Shown: positions 56,696 through 59,586 of the stretch, in pieces
Position numbering within the stretch: position 1 is the first letter of the stretch
Layout: each line of letters opens with the position of its first letter
NCBI GenBank assembly: GCA_038260455.1
Contig: JBBSNU010000001.1
Coordinates: forward strand, 1 to 59,586
Direction of reading: 5' to 3'
Source: Chroococcales cyanobacterium
Lineage (GTDB): Bacteria > Cyanobacteriota > Cyanobacteriia > Cyanobacteriales > Microcoleaceae
DNA length: 59,586 bases
The notes under the pieces: model-generated
The model's database searches: none
Told to the model about the DNA's origin: nothing
Seen by the model: only the letters and a program-made list of their open reading frames with translations
Program-made: the position numbers and the translations under genes

Positions 56696-58693
56696 ATGAA
56701 ACCAGAAGTAGCCCGCAGGCGGATTGAAGCTTTTGAGAGACGATTCGGAAAAGTGCATTTAATTTTTGCGTGTCATGCGGCATTTCCTTTGGCGCTAACA
56801 CCGGATTTGTTATATAAGTTGTGGGCAAATTTCCAGTGGGATATTCACGGGAAGGTGTTGGGAATTACGTGGGTAATTGTGGCAGATTTGTTGCTTTCGA
56901 GTTTGTGCGATGAGGTGGGGCGAGAACTTTATGAGATCGATACAGCGGTGCGAAAATTGCTGTTAAATAGGTTGAAGGAGGATGAGAATTTTGGGCAGTT
57001 GCGGATTAATGAATTGTCGGATTTTTTGCTTGTTTATGTGCGGCAGCAACTTAATAGTAATGACCAGGAAGTGCGGGATTTTGCTCAGGCGCAACGGTGG
57101 ACGGCTTTGGCTTATGTAAGACCCAGCGAGGCCGCGCGTGAATTAGGTTTGGCTTTAAGCAAATTTTGCGGACAAAATATAACTATAACAGACAAAACAG
57201 AGATAGTGCGTATAGCATCATTGGTAGAAACTTTTGCAGAACCACTTGAAGGATTTCAGCCACTGCTAGTTTTTGCGCGTAGTTTTAGCAATTTTGCGTA
57301 TGGTGATTTAGAGGGTGCTGCTACTGAATTAAAAAAAATATCTAGGCAAACTCGCCAAACAGAAAACAGTTTGTCTACTTCTAACCAAACATCATATCAA
57401 AGTAATAAATCGATAGACGAAACTAGCCTTGCAAATAAATCCCCGTCGAGTATGTTAGTTATTCTTACTCTGGAAGATGGTGATTTTAACAAAGGGTTTC
57501 CGGTGACATTGCAGATTGGCGAAGAAGGCTATCCCTGCCACAGCATGAACAGTGGCAAATTACCGCCGTTTCCCCAAATCCCATCGCTGTATACTTCTTG
57601 GCAGTCTGAGTATTGCGATTTTCTCATACCTTTTAGAAGACAGTCACCAAAGCTTGGAAAAAAGTCAGCCATATTACAAAAAAATTCATATTCTGTTAAT
57701 GATGTCTATGAAAAAAGTGCAGATTTAATTAAAAATCTGAATAGCTGGCTCAACTCGGAGACATTCAGCCCGATTAAAGAGACGTTTTTAAAAAACATAA
57801 AATACGATGACACTGTGCGGGTGATTATTCAGACGGAAGATCCGCTATTGCAACGACTACCTTGGTATTTATGGGATTTATTTGCACATTACAGTTTCTC
57901 AGAAGTGGCCCTTTCCTCCGCTGCATTTGAACCCGTTGATCCGTCCATACAACCTAAACCCAAAGTGCGGATATTAGCTATTTTAGGCGATTATTCTAAT
58001 GATCAAAATGGTATCTCCTTGAATCTCAATGCCGATAAGCATTTATTGGATAATTTACCAGACGCTGAAACGGTATTTCTCGTGGGACCAACACTGTCTC
58101 AATTAAATGAGCAGCTTTGGGATGAACGCGGTTGGGATATTTTATTTTTTGATGGACATAGTAGCAGTCAACCCGATGGTATCGGGAAAATGTTTATTAA
58201 TTCTCATGAAAGTTTGACTATACCAGATTTAAAGCTTGGTCTACAAAAGGCGATTAAACGAGGATTGCAATTAGCGATTTTCCAGTCCTCCGATGGGTTG
58301 GGAATTGCGAGAGATTTGGCACAGTTGCAGATTCCCCAAATTATTGTCATGCGGGAAGCAGTAGCGGATTTAGTTGCTCAAAAATTCTGCGAATATTTTT
58401 TCAGTTCCTTTTTTAACGGTAAATCTTTATATCTTGCATTCAGAGAAGCGCGGGAAAGATTATATGGATTAGAAAACATTAATCCCTGTGCCAGTTGGTT
58501 ACCAGTTTTATTCTCAAATGCTGCGACAAACCCTCCACTATCGCAAGATTTTATTAATATAGGAGCCGAAAACAATAAGTTACTGAACTTGAGTGATTCA
58601 CTTCAAGACTTGGCAGATCAGTTCTTAGCTCAGGGTTGGCAAAGGATAGAAGATTTGCCCCCTGAAATCAGAATTGCACAAGTTCCCAGGTAA
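56696..58693 (+). CDS. vWA/MoxR-associated helical domain fused to a catalytically inactive CHAT domain
   Basis: HAAFPLALTPDLL...ADLLLSSLC...VRKLLL N-terminal domain; CHAT with FDGHS and IFQSSDGLG (Cys replaced by Ser). Confidence 0.82.
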   Translation: MKPEVARRRIEAFERRFGKVHLIFACHAAFPLALTPDLLYKLWANFQWDIHGKVLGITWVIVADLLLSSLCDEVGRELYEIDTAVRKLLLNRLKEDENFGQLRINELSDFLLVYVRQQLNSNDQEVRDFAQAQRWTALAYVRPSEAARELGLALSKFCGQNITITDKTEIVRIASLVETFAEPLEGFQPLLVFARSFSNFAYGDLEGAATELKKISRQTRQTENSLSTSNQTSYQSNKSIDETSLANKSPSSMLVILTLEDGDFNKGFPVTLQIGEEGYPCHSMNSGKLPPFPQIPSLYTSWQSEYCDFLIPFRRQSPKLGKKSAILQKNSYSVNDVYEKSADLIKNLNSWLNSETFSPIKETFLKNIKYDDTVRVIIQTEDPLLQRLPWYLWDLFAHYSFSEVALSSAAFEPVDPSIQPKPKVRILAILGDYSNDQNGISLNLNADKHLLDNLPDAETVFLVGPTLSQLNEQLWDERGWDILFFDGHSSSQPDGIGKMFINSHESLTIPDLKLGLQKAIKRGLQLAIFQSSDGLGIARDLAQLQIPQIIVMREAVADLVAQKFCEYFFSSFFNGKSLYLAFREARERLYGLENINPCASWLPVLFSNAATNPPLSQDFINIGAENNKLLNLSDSLQDLADQFLAQGWQRIEDLPPEIRIAQVPR

Positions 58694-59418
58694 ATGAAGT
58701 ACAAAAAACCCTTTCCCGTAGGGACTGTGGATGGTGCAGCGCCTGCTTTCCTAGTTTCTACTGTGTACTTGCTCAACCTGCAATCTGCTGTAATTTGGAC
58801 TCACTTAGACGAGGTACATACCAAAAATCGAAAATCTTGACTTTCATAGAATTTGGCGTACCTCATGTCAGTAAAAAGAGCTATAGTGATAATCCAGATA
58901 TCAAATAATATAACTTTTCAAAACTAACCTTTCCTTAGACAATTACTCCCAGTCAGAATAACTCATTCAGCTTTCCTGTAGGTTATCAATAATCCTTGCA
59001 TCACCATTTTCAGTCTCATTTATCAAGTATCGATCGCCCAAAATGTCCCCAAACATTAATTATGCGATATTTTTGGTGCTCAATCCGCTATCCTTTTGCC
59101 GATGTTCACCAACACCAGCCACTTCCTCAAACCATCAACCTGTAAAGCATACAGCCTAAAGATAGTTATAATCTGGCGATCGGATGAAAACTCACAACAG
59201 GTTTTAATTTGGCTTAGATATCTTCCCACAATACGGGTCGAAACCTCAACAAAAAGATATCCCCAGCAACGTAGATATTGTCAACATTACATATCTCACA
59301 GATTTCGCTGTACTTTTTAAGCCGGTAATCTGCTATCAATCGGATAATTAGGTGATAAATAAATCAAAAAGCTAACGCTTATTAAGAGAATGATAAAATT
59401 AGCACCAGGCACTAACTA

Positions 59419-59586
59419 ATGATTCAAGCTTTACTAGAACGACCGCAGGAATTTAAACAAATTCCCTTCGCACTCAAACCGCAACAACAGCAAGCCCTAG
59501 AAAAAGTAAGAGCCTTTCTAACCAGTACCGAGTCATTCTTCTTGCTTTGCGGTTACGCAGGCACAGGAAAAAGTACAATTGTCTTC
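59419..59586 (+). CDS. 5' end of RecD/Dda-like SF1 helicase (partial)
   Basis: MIQALLERPQEFKQIPFALKPQQQQALEKVRAFLTSTESFFLLCGYAGTGKSTIVF..: Q motif + Walker A GYAGTGKS; runs off the window. Confidence 0.75.
   Translation, partial: MIQALLERPQEFKQIPFALKPQQQQALEKVRAFLTSTESFFLLCGYAGTGKSTIVF

Noticed and set aside
58694-59418. 74-aa ORF 59096-59320 or a possible ncRNA/pseudogene in the 0.7-kb gap
   Set aside because: No RBS, motif or convincing structure recognisable by eye.
1-59586. Abundant GCGATCGC octamers as a special signal
   Set aside because: This is the known cyanobacterial HIP1 sequence, informative only for taxonomy.

Overview
Cyanobacterial accessory DNA: HIP1 GCGATCGC octamers occur throughout, intergenic inverted repeats are of the Oscillatoriales/Microcoleus type, and there are no housekeeping, rRNA, tRNA or CRISPR features. 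It reads as a genomic island or plasmid segment devoted to signalling and biological conflict. The left part is a ~22-kb minus-strand run (23845->2032): a VirD4-like coupling ATPase, three tandem TRAFAC-like GTPases, a GTPase-associated membrane protein, three vWA proteins, two paralogous lipoproteins, a VanY-type carboxypeptidase, FHA proteins, a pseudokinase-PP2C fusion and two paralogous Ser/Thr kinases. It is divergent from a wHTH-NB-ARC gene. The right part holds a receptor kinase plus a small secreted peptide, two YbjN-like paralogs, a NYN protein, a TPR-CHAT protease, two sigma-like/DUF1822/CHAT triads, xisI, an E2 + JAB-E2-E1 ubiquitin-like operon and a CHAT-iSTAND/MoxR/vWA ternary system. 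There are six CHAT (caspase-like) domains in total, one lacking its catalytic Cys. The most notable signal read directly from the DNA is a bipartite motif TGCATAA-N16(17)-CGA(T). It sits about 30-70 nt upstream of eight + strand genes, including one of the sigma-like genes, suggesting an island-encoded, autoregulated, protease-gated sigma regulon. All family assignments come from motif recognition by eye; no database search was run.
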